The position numbers were made by a program, and so were the translations under genes. Shown in pieces: positions 1-10,525 of a stretch of 64,000 nucleotides of DNA (its first letter is position 1; every line of letters starts with the position of its first letter). Under the pieces are notes generated by a model that made no database searches, was not told the origin of the DNA, and worked only from the letters and a program-made list of their open reading frames with translations. Source of the stretch: Vulcanimicrobiota bacterium (lineage in GTDB: Bacteria > Vulcanimicrobiota > Vulcanimicrobiia > Vulcanimicrobiales > Vulcanimicrobiaceae); contig OY970223.1 of the NCBI GenBank assembly GCA_963714015.1, positions 2,496,001 through 2,560,000 of the forward strand, read 5' to 3'.

Positions 1-655
1 CGTCTTCGATATGCACCAGACCCGAAAAGTCGTGCGTGTGAATATTGTACTCGCAATCTTGTTGCTCGATCTCGTAAAGATCGTTCGGGTGTCCGCCCGG
101 CGCGTTGTTTGACGGCGCCATCGGCTCGGTCGGATTCTTCATGGCAATACCCGACGGCAGAGATTCTTCCGTGCCGTTGTAATAGATTCCGACGAACGAG
201 TGAACCGAATACGTCCCCGGATTCTGAGCCGGCTCAACGGTCGGCGTGCACGGCATTTTGTCCATCGTTTTGAAGCCGGTCTTGGCGCTTGCGCCCTGGA
301 TCGTGTCACCGAACGCGGCGACGGGCGGCTGGCCGTTCCGCTGGGCCCACAGCGCGGTGGTTCCGGCTAGGTACCAGCCGACGCTGCCGTTGACTTGCGG
401 GCCTTCTTGCGCATTTATCGCGAGACCCTTGTCGACGGGCACTCCGCCCGAGGGCGTAGCCGTCGGTGTCGGCGTAGGCGTCGGCGTGTTCGTTGGCTTG
501 ACCGTAGGCGTAGGTGAAGGCGACGACGATCCTCCGCCGCCCGGCTGTGTCGTGGGACCCGTTACGGGTGGGGTGCTGCCGCCTCCGCCGCCGCCGCAAG
601 CGGCGAGAACGGCGGATATCGCGAGCAGCGGTATGCAGAGTCGCAGAAATTTCAT
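1..655 (-). CDS. Lipoprotein with Pro/Thr-rich linker and C-terminal CxYxxHTHDxSGxxHIE motif (runs off the left edge)
   Basis: Not in the ORF track. Manual translation from ATG 655 gives MKFLRLCIPLLAISAVLAAC (lipobox), GGGG/PTPTPT linker, then ...CEYNIHTHDFSGLVHIED, open to position 1. Confidence 0.8.
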   Translation of the reverse strand, partial: MKFLRLCIPLLAISAVLAACGGGGGGSTPPVTGPTTQPGGGGSSSPSPTPTVKPTNTPTPTPTPTATPSGGVPVDKGLAINAQEGPQVNGSVGWYLAGTTALWAQRNGQPPVAAFGDTIQGASAKTGFKTMDKMPCTPTVEPAQNPGTYSVHSFVGIYYNGTEESLPSGIAMKNPTEPMAPSNNAPGGHPNDLYEIEQQDCEYNIHTHDFSGLVHIED

Positions 656-859
656 TAGTAATTCATCCTCGTGCGGGCAAGTTAAGTCCGCACTCATCGT
701 ATCTGCGAGCGGCTTTACGAGGCGTGAATCGGCCCGGTCAGCCGGGTGGTAAGATAGCCCGGAATTGGTTAGGTCGTGTGAACTAAAGGCGAAGGGCCGC
801 CTCTCGGCTAGCGACGGCGCCTCTAATCGCCGGGGCGTTCTCGGGAACGGCACATAGCA

Positions 860-886
860 AAAAGGGCCGCGTCACAGGGCCCTTTT
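860..886 (-). terminator. Rho-independent terminator after clpX (possibly bidirectional)
   Basis: aaaagggcc-N9-ggccctttt inverted repeat just downstream of the clpX stop. Confidence 0.7.
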
Positions 887-901
887 CCGGTTCGACGGAT
901 C

Positions 902-2161
<1,260 letters not shown>

Positions 2162-2173
2162 TTAGCCTCTTGC

Positions 2174-2782
2174 CTATGCCGGGGTCGCCAGCGAAGTCCG
2201 GTTTTCGATGATTGAGTCTATAATACCGTAATCCTTGGCTTCTTGGGCGGTCATATGGAAATCCCGCTCGATATCTTTGAGAATTTGCTCGATCGGCTTC
2301 TTGGTCGTGTCCTCATAGATACCGGCCAGCATGCGGCGGGTAGAGATGAGGTCCCGGGCGCTGATTTCGATGTCGGTGGCCTGACCGCCGATCTGCTGGA
2401 CCCACGGCTGATGAATGAGTATTTTGGCATGGGGCAGGGCCATACGTTTACTCTGCGCGCCGCCCGTAAGCAGAATGGAACCCATGGAGGCTGCCATACC
2501 CGCGCAGATCGTGGCGACGTCCGGTTTGATGAAGCGCATCGTGTCATAGATTGCCAGGCCGGCCGTAACGCTGCCGCCCGGGCTGTTAATGTACATGTCG
2601 ATGTCTTTGTCCGGATCTTCTTTTTCGAGGAAGAGCAGCTGTGCAATCACCAGGTTCGCCAAATGATCGTCGATCGCGCCGCCCACGAAGACGATTCGAT
2701 CTTTGAGCAGACGCGAATAGATGTCGAACGCGCGTTCACCGCGTGCGCTCTGCTCGACGACCATCGGGACTAAATGACCCAT
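2174..2782 (-). CDS. clpP: ATP-dependent Clp protease proteolytic subunit
   Basis: [24 protein letters not shown] (catalytic Ser), IHQP (catalytic His). Confidence 0.99.
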   Translation of the reverse strand: MGHLVPMVVEQSARGERAFDIYSRLLKDRIVFVGGAIDDHLANLVIAQLLFLEKEDPDKDIDMYINSPGGSVTAGLAIYDTMRFIKPDVATICAGMAASMGSILLTGGAQSKRMALPHAKILIHQPWVQQIGGQATDIEISARDLISTRRMLAGIYEDTTKKPIEQILKDIERDFHMTAQEAKDYGIIDSIIENRTSLATPA

Positions 2783-2849
2783 ACGTTTACGTTCCTCTAA
2801 ACCTTAAACCGTTGCTGCCTGACAGTACCTGAAATGGCGCCCGCGCCGA

Positions 2850-4157
2850 CTAGGTTGCGGGGCCCGGTGCCGTTTCCCCCACATCGGCATTTTCGATGAG
2901 AAAGTCTACAGTCTTATTTCGGACGATTCCGTCCATGAGCGAGAGCAGATTGTTTCCGACCGCTTGACGTATCCGATCCACCGGTTGCCCGTACTGCCGG
3001 GCAAGGGATTGAAGCTCCGCCTGAATATCGGCGGGAGTTGCGGTGATGTTCTCCGCCTTCGCGACGGCCTCGAGGAGCAGCGTCCCCTTGACCCGCTTTT
3101 CGGCCTCCGGGCGGAATTCGGCCCGCATGCCGTCCTCCGTCTTATCGACCATCTTTAGATAGTCTTCGAAGGACATGCCCATGCGGGAGGCAGCGGAGAC
3201 GCCCTCGGAGAGCATGCTCTCCAGCTCGCGGTCAACCATGACCGGCGGCAATGGAAAGTCGTGCGAGCCGATCAAATCCTCGACGATCTGATTGCCGGCC
3301 TGGCGGCGGAGTCGAGCTTCGGCCGCGGTTTCCAGACGGCGCCGGATATCGTCTTTGAGCGCCTCGAGCGTCTCGTTTTGCGAGACTGCTTTGGCAAATT
3401 CGTCGTCCGGCGTGGGAAGCTCGAGCTCTTTCAGCTCGTGCAGCGTGACGGTGAATGAGGCGGTCTTTCCGGCCAGGTCGCTCTGCTGATAATCTTGCGG
3501 AAAGGTCGCCGGGACCTCGCGCGTCTCGCCTGGCTTCATACCCGCGATGCCGCTGACGAATCCGGGAATGAATCGCTCCTCGGAGAGTTCCGTCTGCTGA
3601 CCCTTGGCCGAGCCGCCTTCGAACGGGATTCCGTCGACCTTGCCTTCGTAGTCGAGCGTAGCGACGTCGCCCAAGCGGGCCTCACGCTCGACCGGCACGA
3701 GGGTTGCCCGCTCCCGGGCCAGAGCCTTCAGCGCGCGTTCGACGTCCTCGTCGCCCACGTTCACGGTCTCGTGAACGAGTTTGAGGCCCTTGTACGGCTT
3801 GAGATCGATCTCGGGCCGTACCTCGACAACTGCCTTGACGCCCGTGGGACGTCCATCGTGATCGGGAAGCAGTTCCACCTTTGGCCGGTCGATCGGGTCC
3901 AGGTCGTGTTCCTTGACCGCCTTGGCGTAGACGGCCGGCACGACGTCCTCGATCGCCTCGTTCGTAATCGTCGCGGCGCCGTAGGCTTGTTCGAAGACCT
4001 TGCGCGGCACTTTGCCGGGGCGGAACCCGGGCAGCTTGGCCTTCTTTGCCAGGCGACGGAAGGCGCGATCCTCGGCCTCGCGGATCTCCTCGGGCGAGAT
4101 CGGGATGACCAGCTCAACTTGCGTTGGGGCGAGTTTGGTAAGGGTCGACGTTGACAG
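2850..4157 (-). CDS. tig: Trigger factor
   Basis: GFRPGKVP ribosome-binding motif, FKBP domain (FIPGF), tig-clpP-clpX synteny. The track start at 4247 overlaps tRNA-Gly, so the start is placed at CTG 4157 behind GGGAGA (start uncertain). Confidence 0.96.
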   Translation of the reverse strand: MSTSTLTKLAPTQVELVIPISPEEIREAEDRAFRRLAKKAKLPGFRPGKVPRKVFEQAYGAATITNEAIEDVVPAVYAKAVKEHDLDPIDRPKVELLPDHDGRPTGVKAVVEVRPEIDLKPYKGLKLVHETVNVGDEDVERALKALARERATLVPVEREARLGDVATLDYEGKVDGIPFEGGSAKGQQTELSEERFIPGFVSGIAGMKPGETREVPATFPQDYQQSDLAGKTASFTVTLHELKELELPTPDDEFAKAVSQNETLEALKDDIRRRLETAAEARLRRQAGNQIVEDLIGSHDFPLPPVMVDRELESMLSEGVSAASRMGMSFEDYLKMVDKTEDGMRAEFRPEAEKRVKGTLLLEAVAKAENITATPADIQAELQSLARQYGQPVDRIRQAVGNNLLSLMDGIVRNKTVDFLIENADVGETAPGPAT

Positions 4158-4202
4158 GGTGGATTCTCCCAAGAGCCCGGCCTGGGCCGGGTCGAAAAAT
4201 CG

Positions 4203-4278
4203 TGGAGCGGAAGACGAGATTCGAACTCGCGACCCTCGCCTTGGCAAGGCGATGCTCTACCACTGAGCCTACTTCCGC
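4203..4278 (-). tRNA. tRNA-Gly(GCC)
   Basis: GCGGAAG acceptor stem, anticodon loop ttGCCaa, GTTCGAATC T-loop, encoded CCA. One extra G near position 9-10. Confidence 0.95.
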
Positions 4279-4391
4279 ACACTCATCGCTACCGTTATTA
4301 CCGATCCTCACGTACCCGGCGATGGTAAACACGTGGGGGCCCCATCGTCTCCCGATGGGGGGTGCGGAGCGGCGTAGCCCGGAGCACCTTT

Positions 4392-4466
4392 GAACTCGAG
4401 TTGTTGCTTGCCCCTAGACAAAGCGCCTCAAGGCGCTTTGTCCTGGGCAAGCAGAGACTCGAACTC
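4392..4466. repeat. ~35-bp-arm imperfect inverted repeat whose right arm includes the tRNA-Leu 3' end
   Basis: gaactcgagttgttgcttgcccctagacaaagcgcc-tcaa-ggcgctttgtcctgggcaagcagagactcgaactc. Confidence 0.8.
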
Positions 4467-4525
4467 TGATGGGTTGCCCCACTGGAACCTAAATCCAGCG
4501 CGTCTGCCAGTTCCGCCACTTGCCC
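4444..4525 (-). tRNA. tRNA-Leu(TAG)
   Basis: GGGCAAG/CTTGCCC acceptor stem, ctgga-ttTAGgt-tccag anticodon arm, long variable arm, GTTCGAGTC. Confidence 0.95.
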
Positions 4526-4566
4526 GGGCGCGCCGGCCTTACGAAGCGACCCCGTTTTATATGGGT

Positions 4567-4962
4567 CTAGTTCGAAAAATCCTCCACGAAATACAGGTCT
4601 CCGTCAGTGTCGCGAGCGACGCCGATACCGACGCGATGATAGTCGGCGGAGAGGATGTTTTCGCGGTGCGGCGGGCTTTGGAAGAGTGCGCTGTCGGCCG
4701 ATTGTACGTCGGGCGCCATGGCAATGTTCTCGCCGGCGTAATCGAACGAACAGCCGGCGGCGCGGATGCGATCGAATGGACTTTGCCCTGATTGTGACTC
4801 GTGCGCGAAGTAGCCGTGCTGCGCCATGTCCGCAGCGTGGCCCGTCGCGGCCGACGTCAAACGAGCGTCGATGGCCAGGGGTTGTAACCCGCGTGACGCG
4901 CGCTCCCCGTTCAGATCAGACAGCATTGTCATGGCTAGACCGAAAGCCATAAGGTGGAGCAT
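4567..4962 (-). CDS. CAP/SCP domain protein
   Basis: LNGERASRGL, AATGHAADM, GYFAH, GENIA, SPPHRENIL, VGIG motifs. Start uncertain. Confidence 0.9.
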   Translation of the reverse strand: MLHLMAFGLAMTMLSDLNGERASRGLQPLAIDARLTSAATGHAADMAQHGYFAHESQSGQSPFDRIRAAGCSFDYAGENIAMAPDVQSADSALFQSPPHRENILSADYHRVGIGVARDTDGDLYFVEDFSN

Positions 4963-5064
4963 ACTCCATGTTATCGGAGTCTTAAGGTTCGGAGACTGCG
5001 GCTTCGCTGCGTAAGGAATCTGCATCGACGGCAAGGCGCATGCTTGCCCTGCGGGAAGGGCTTT

Positions 5065-8000
5065 CTAGGCTTGAAGCGCTTCTTTGAGAGCGTCTTGCCA
5101 GGCCATGCCGCGTCCGGTCGCTATCGCCTTGCGCGCGGCGTCTTGTCCGAGAGCGCTTTGGGCGTCGCGAATTACCTGTTCGTAATCGATCTGGTCGAAC
5201 GGCTGACGTGGAACGCCGATGCTCTGGAAAACTCCGTCCGCAAAGCCCGCAAGGTGCAGCGCGCGCGCCCAGTCCTTCTCGGCAATCGCCAATCGGGCCA
5301 GTGAATCCACGCAATTGCCGCTCTGCCAGTCGTCCTGATAATCGCGCACGATTTCGAGCGCCCGCCGCAGAGCCGGTCGCGCCGCCTCCAACTCGCCCCG
5401 TTTGAGCTCAAATATTCCAAGGTTGGTCAATGACCACCCGGCGGATTGTGTGTCGTGCAGACGCTCGAAGATTGCGAGGCTTTGGCGCGTCAGGTTCACT
5501 GCGCGATCGTATTCGCCGACGGTGGCGGCGAGATCGCCCAGATTGCCGAGCAAATTCGCTACGCCGCGATCGTCTTCGAGCCGGCGCAGCAATTGCAAGC
5601 TCTCCTCGTAGAGTTCTCGCGCGCGGTCGGGATGTCCCAGCCAGTTCTGCGCGATCGCGCGGCCGTTGAAAACGTCCGCCAAGCCGCGCTGATCGCCGAC
5701 GCGTTTACAGATTTCGTAGCCTTCGTCAAGGTACTTGAGCGCGTCGTCGAACCGCTGCAGGAGAATGCAAGCCGACGAGGCTTCGTACAGGGCCGACGCA
5801 AGCCCGCGCTCGTCCCCGATCTCGCGCCAGAGCTGGATCGAAAGTTGAGCCGAATCCAGGGCACGCTGGGAATGCGCGCCGTCTAAACGCGCCAAGCCGA
5901 AAAGCGGCTTTGCGTGGACTTCTTTCGGCAGCAAGAGGTCCTCACGGGAGAGGAGTTGCTCTATCCACTCACGGCCCGCGCCGATGCGGCTCAGTTGCTC
6001 CCAGTAATGAATCAGATTGCACGTAATGCGAGCACCGAGCTGCAGATCGTTCTCGTTAGTCACGGTAAAGATCAGGGCAGCGCGGATATTGTCGATCTCG
6101 TAGGCCATCGAGGGAAATTCGTTTCGCCATTCCTTCGTGGAATAGCTGGCCTCGAGTGCTTCGGCGCGCGCGCGAAAATACTGCGCATGATCCATGCCGA
6201 GCGGGCGCCATTCACCGAGTTCGCGCGCCTTGTCGGCCGCGAACGCGCGAATCGTTGCAGGAACGACGTAGCGGACCCGGCCGTCATCGTTGTCGAGGTT
6301 CACCAGCGCTTTTTCGACCAGCAATCCCAGTGCACCGGCGTTGCCGCAGACCGCCGAGATCGCAGCGGAACTCGCTCCGCCGGAGAAAATAGAAAGGGCG
6401 CGAAGCAGCCGCTGCTCCTCCGGCGTGAGCACGTTGTAGCTCCATTCGACGAACCCGCGCATGGCTTCGCGTCCGAGCTGCTCGCGATCGGGCAGCCGTT
6501 CCAAGAGCCCGTCCACGTCCACGTTGTGCAATTGGGCCGCGGCGAGCTGAATCGCGCGCGGAAGGCCGCCGAGCTGCCGGCAGATCACTTCGACCGTCGC
6601 GTGACGATCGGCAGGCAGCGCTATCTGTGAACTCTTGACACGCTGCATGAAGAGCGCCGCGGACGCTTCAGTCGCAAGCGGCGGTAGCGTGAAAGCGGTC
6701 TCGCCGCCGATAATCAACGGCTCGCGCGCCGTCACCAGCAGCCTGGACTCGCGCACGTTCGCGATGAGCTCGCCGACCACTTCGCTTGCGCCTCGCACGG
6801 CCGGCTCATAATTGTCGAGCACGAGCAGCGCCTTTTTCGATTTCAAAAACTCTGCAACTGATGCGGCGGGAGCGACGAGCGGCGTCTCCGGAACGCCTAG
6901 AACGGAGGCAATCTTACTGGCGAGATACTGACCATCGGGGACGGTGGAGCAATCGACGTAAAATGCGCCGTCCGGAAAACGCGCCAGTTCGCCCCGCGCG
7001 AGGTCGAGTGCGCTGCGCGATTTGCCGATTCCCGCGGCCCCCGATATGGTGACCAGCGCTGAGCCTGCGCAGCAGTCTGCGCAAGTGCTGCATCTCCGCA
7101 AAACGCCCGACCGTCGTGCCCTGCACTGCCGGAATATTATGGCGGTACGATTTTGCTGCATATGCCGGCGGCGCGTCGGACTGATAGTTCTCACCGGCGA
7201 CCCGGTTGCGGCCGGTGCGTTTGGCTTGATACAGCGCAACGTCGGCGGCTTCGATCAGTGAATCAGGCCGATCCGCGCGCGTGGGAATCTTGCACGCAAC
7301 GCCCAGGCTGATCGTCAGCCGGTGCAGCAAAGAGCCGCTATGGGCGATGGCTAGATCCAGGACGGCCTGCCGCATCCGTTCAGCAATGCTGAGCGCGCCG
7401 GCGTTGTCGGTGTCGGGCAATACCGCCACGAACTCTTCGCCGCCGTACCTCGCGAAGAGATCTTCCGAACGCGAGAGGCATGATGACAAAGCCGTTGCGA
7501 CCTGTTGCAAGGCGGCATCGCCGGCAACGTGTCCGTACGTGTCGTTGAACGGCTTGAAGAAGTCGATGTCGACGAGCAGCATCGCCAGGCTCGTGCCCCG
7601 GCGCACGGCCCGGCGCCATTCAGCGTTGAAACGCTGATTGAACGACCGCCTATTGGCAACACCCGTAAGACTATCGGTGGATGCGATATTCTCCAAGCGC
7701 GCGCTTTGGGTTTCGATCTGCGCTTGATGGACCCGCACGCTCAAATACAATGCGCATGTCTGCAGTAGATCGACGTCTTCGTCCGTGTACGCGTTCGGGA
7801 TAACGCTCTGAACGGAAAGCACGCCGATGATCTCGGTTCCGAATTTGAGCGGAACGAACAAAGCCGAGACGCGCTCGTCGTTCTGCGGCTGACCCGGCAA
7901 ATTGAGCGCCAGACGTCCTTCGGTCCAATCGGAAAGGCGGCACTTGAGTATCGGGCGGCCGGTGCGTAAGACTTCGGCGGTACGTGATTCGGGACGCACC

Positions 8001-8248
8001 AGGCGGTTCGCCAAACTGCCAACGACGCCGTTTTCGAGCATGAAGGCGATGCGCGCGCTCTCACTCTCTTTTTCTTTGATGGCGATGAAGACCATCGAGG
8101 CATCGACGAATCGCGCCAATAGCGAACAAACCTCGTGGAAGAGCTCTTCCAAGGAGAGGCCGCTGGTGAGCAGTTCTGCCGTGCGCTGTACGACCTCCCG
8201 ATCGCGCGCCGCGCGCGAAAGGGACGCCGCACCGGTCGCGTCGTTCAC
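5065..8248 (-). CDS. GAF-GGDEF diguanylate cyclase fused to STAND/NB-ARC-type ATPase and TPR repeats (frameshift ~7063)
   Basis: ORF 6914..8248 has GAF, DSLTGVANRR and RYGGEEF. ORF 5065..7239 has GAAGIGKS, LLVLDNYE, GGLPRAIQLAAA and TPRs. Removing one base near 7063 joins them. Confidence 0.85.
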
Positions 8249-8309
8249 GCGCCCCTCTTCTAAAGGACGGCCGCGCGGCCCCGCGGTCTTTACGGAAAAC
8301 AGATGCTTC

Positions 8310-9132
8310 TTAGATCCGTTTACGCAGGACCGCTCCGTAAACTGTTAACACGCCGGGGCTCGGTCCGCCCGCGAGGGGATGCAGCCCTCCGCTGCGATCG
8401 CGCCACAGCAGACCCGCGACCTTGCGCTCTCCCGGCACCGGCCAGGGACTGTTTTTTGAAGTCAGCATGTCCAGCGGATGAGTGATGCGTTCGGGAAACA
8501 CCCATTCGAACCGCTCTTCCAGCGCTGCGCGCAATTTTTCGTATTGCGTAAGCGGTACGCCGACTCCGCCGCTTACCTCGACGTCGAGATCGAACGTCAG
8601 CGCGAACGTTCCGCCGGGCTTCAGAATGCGCGCCAGCTCTGCAACCATAGACGCCGGTTCGGGTATGTGTTCCAGAACGCTCAGTGAAAACGCGGCGTCC
8701 GCGGTTTCGCCTTCCAGCGGAAGCGTCTCGGCATTGAGCCGCACGTCAATCGCACCTCGACCGGCGCTGAGAACGCCCGCAGCAGCCGAAAGATCGCGCA
8801 CGGCTATGGGATCGTTGTCGAAGCAGATCACCGATGCCGGCAGCCGTGCAACCGCAAACGTGAAGAATGTGGACCCGCTTCCGAAGTCGGCGATTACCGG
8901 GGGCGCCGCTGCACCGCCGCAAGCGCGGCGCAAATGTTCGTATACGTACGCATACTCCCACGCGCGGCTCCACGTGTGCAGGATCTCCGTTCCCCATATA
9001 TATTGGGGATCGCGAAACGCGGGTGCTGCCTGGACAAATTCGCGCTCCGTTTCCTCGAGCTGACGAAATACCGCTTTGTACTCGTCGAGGCTCGAGATGG
9101 GAGAGCGCCGCAAATCCCGCCCGTTCGAACAT
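8310..9132 (-). CDS. Class I SAM-dependent methyltransferase
   Basis: ADFGSG motif I, SVLEH, LKPGG. Likely true start ATG 9132 (MFERAGFAALSHL) with a +1 indel near 9090; otherwise TTG 9113. Confidence 0.85.
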
Positions 9133-9154
9133 TTGCGGACGGAATTTCGCGAAA

Positions 9155-10498
9155 CTAGTTGCCGTCTCCGTCGTCGTCCGGTATGCGCGTGTCGATCTCG
9201 GCGGATCGCGGTACCGCGGGAGCGGGTATCGGTTGGAATATGCGCGGCTTTTGCGCATAGTTGAACATGTCGGAGAGATCGTCGGAGCGAACGTCCGTGG
9301 TTCCAAGCGATCCCAGGTTGTACGTCTCTTCGAGGAATTTCAGCGTGCTGCCGAACTCGTGCTGAACAGGCGAGACGTAGCCCTGCTTGGCGTACGGCGA
9401 GACGACGATCAGCGGAACCCGGAAGCCCAACTCATAATGGTTGTACTGCACCGGGGGGACATGATCGTACCAGCCGCCCCACTCGTCCCAGGTGACGATA
9501 ATTGCGGTGGAGTTCCAATACGGGCTCGCTCCGATTGCGTTTACGACTTGCGCAACCCAGGCCGGCCCCGTTCCGGTGTTTGAGTGCGCATGATCCGATT
9601 CCGCAGCGGTCGGCATCACCCAAGAAACGCCTGCAAGTTGTCCGTTTTTAATATCGTTGAAGATATTCGTATTGGGTGCGGACACGTTGGCGTAATCCGG
9701 ACTGTAGCGAATGTTTTTGTAAGAGTCCGGCGCATACCACAGGCCCCGGCCCATTCGGGCCTCGTACCACTTCCACGTGACTCCCGCCGAGTCGAGCAGA
9801 TTGAAAATCGTTTGGTGCGTGAAGCACGGAAATACCGGCGTATAGTTTTCGGATCCGGTCGCCGGATCGATCAGCGGCGCGGTGGTTCCCGGTAACGAGT
9901 CGCATCCTCCGGGATGGACCGAGTCTTTCTTCGTCGCATTGTCCATTACGTAGAGGGTGTTCGTATCGTCGATAGCCGAGTTTCCGGCAGCCAAGTAAAG
10001 GTGCGCGGGATAGCTGGATCCCTCGTTTGTCGCGAACATGCGATCGGCGAACGCATAGGTCTCAGCTAATGTCCAATACGGTTTGACTTGCGACTTCGGC
10101 ACGTACGAATAGGCAAAATCCGCCGGTTCGCCGGAGCCGTTGTCGATCTTCTCGAGATTGAATCCGTTCATATGGCCGTTGCGGTACTCGGTTACCCATG
10201 ACGCATGGCTATGGTCCGGATCGTACGTGTTGACCAAATTCCCCGGCTGAAGCTGTATCGTATTCCCGTGGGAATCGAGTCCCGACTTTACCGTGTCGGC
10301 GCCCGGCAAGCCGTTGAAGAGATTGTCGACCGACCGATTCTCTTGAACCATGATAACGACGTGCTGGATCGGCGATCCGGCCGGCGCGACACCGTGAACG
10401 TTGAAGGATTCTTCTCCGGGCGTGATGGGCACGACCGGCGCGCGTTGCGAACAGGCCGTGATTACCAGGAGCGCCGCACAAAGAACTACTCGTTTCAT
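9155..10498 (-). CDS. Phosphoesterase (phospholipase C / acid phosphatase family) lipoprotein
   Basis: Lipobox ITAC, HVVIMVQENRSVDN, TWDEWGGWYDHV, GFRVPLIVVSPYAK. Confidence 0.92.
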   Translation of the reverse strand: MKRVVLCAALLVITACSQRAPVVPITPGEESFNVHGVAPAGSPIQHVVIMVQENRSVDNLFNGLPGADTVKSGLDSHGNTIQLQPGNLVNTYDPDHSHASWVTEYRNGHMNGFNLEKIDNGSGEPADFAYSYVPKSQVKPYWTLAETYAFADRMFATNEGSSYPAHLYLAAGNSAIDDTNTLYVMDNATKKDSVHPGGCDSLPGTTAPLIDPATGSENYTPVFPCFTHQTIFNLLDSAGVTWKWYEARMGRGLWYAPDSYKNIRYSPDYANVSAPNTNIFNDIKNGQLAGVSWVMPTAAESDHAHSNTGTGPAWVAQVVNAIGASPYWNSTAIIVTWDEWGGWYDHVPPVQYNHYELGFRVPLIVVSPYAKQGYVSPVQHEFGSTLKFLEETYNLGSLGTTDVRSDDLSDMFNYAQKPRIFQPIPAPAVPRSAEIDTRIPDDDGDGN

Positions 10499-10525
10499 TC
10501 CAACCACCGATTCGCAGAGTGTTAT

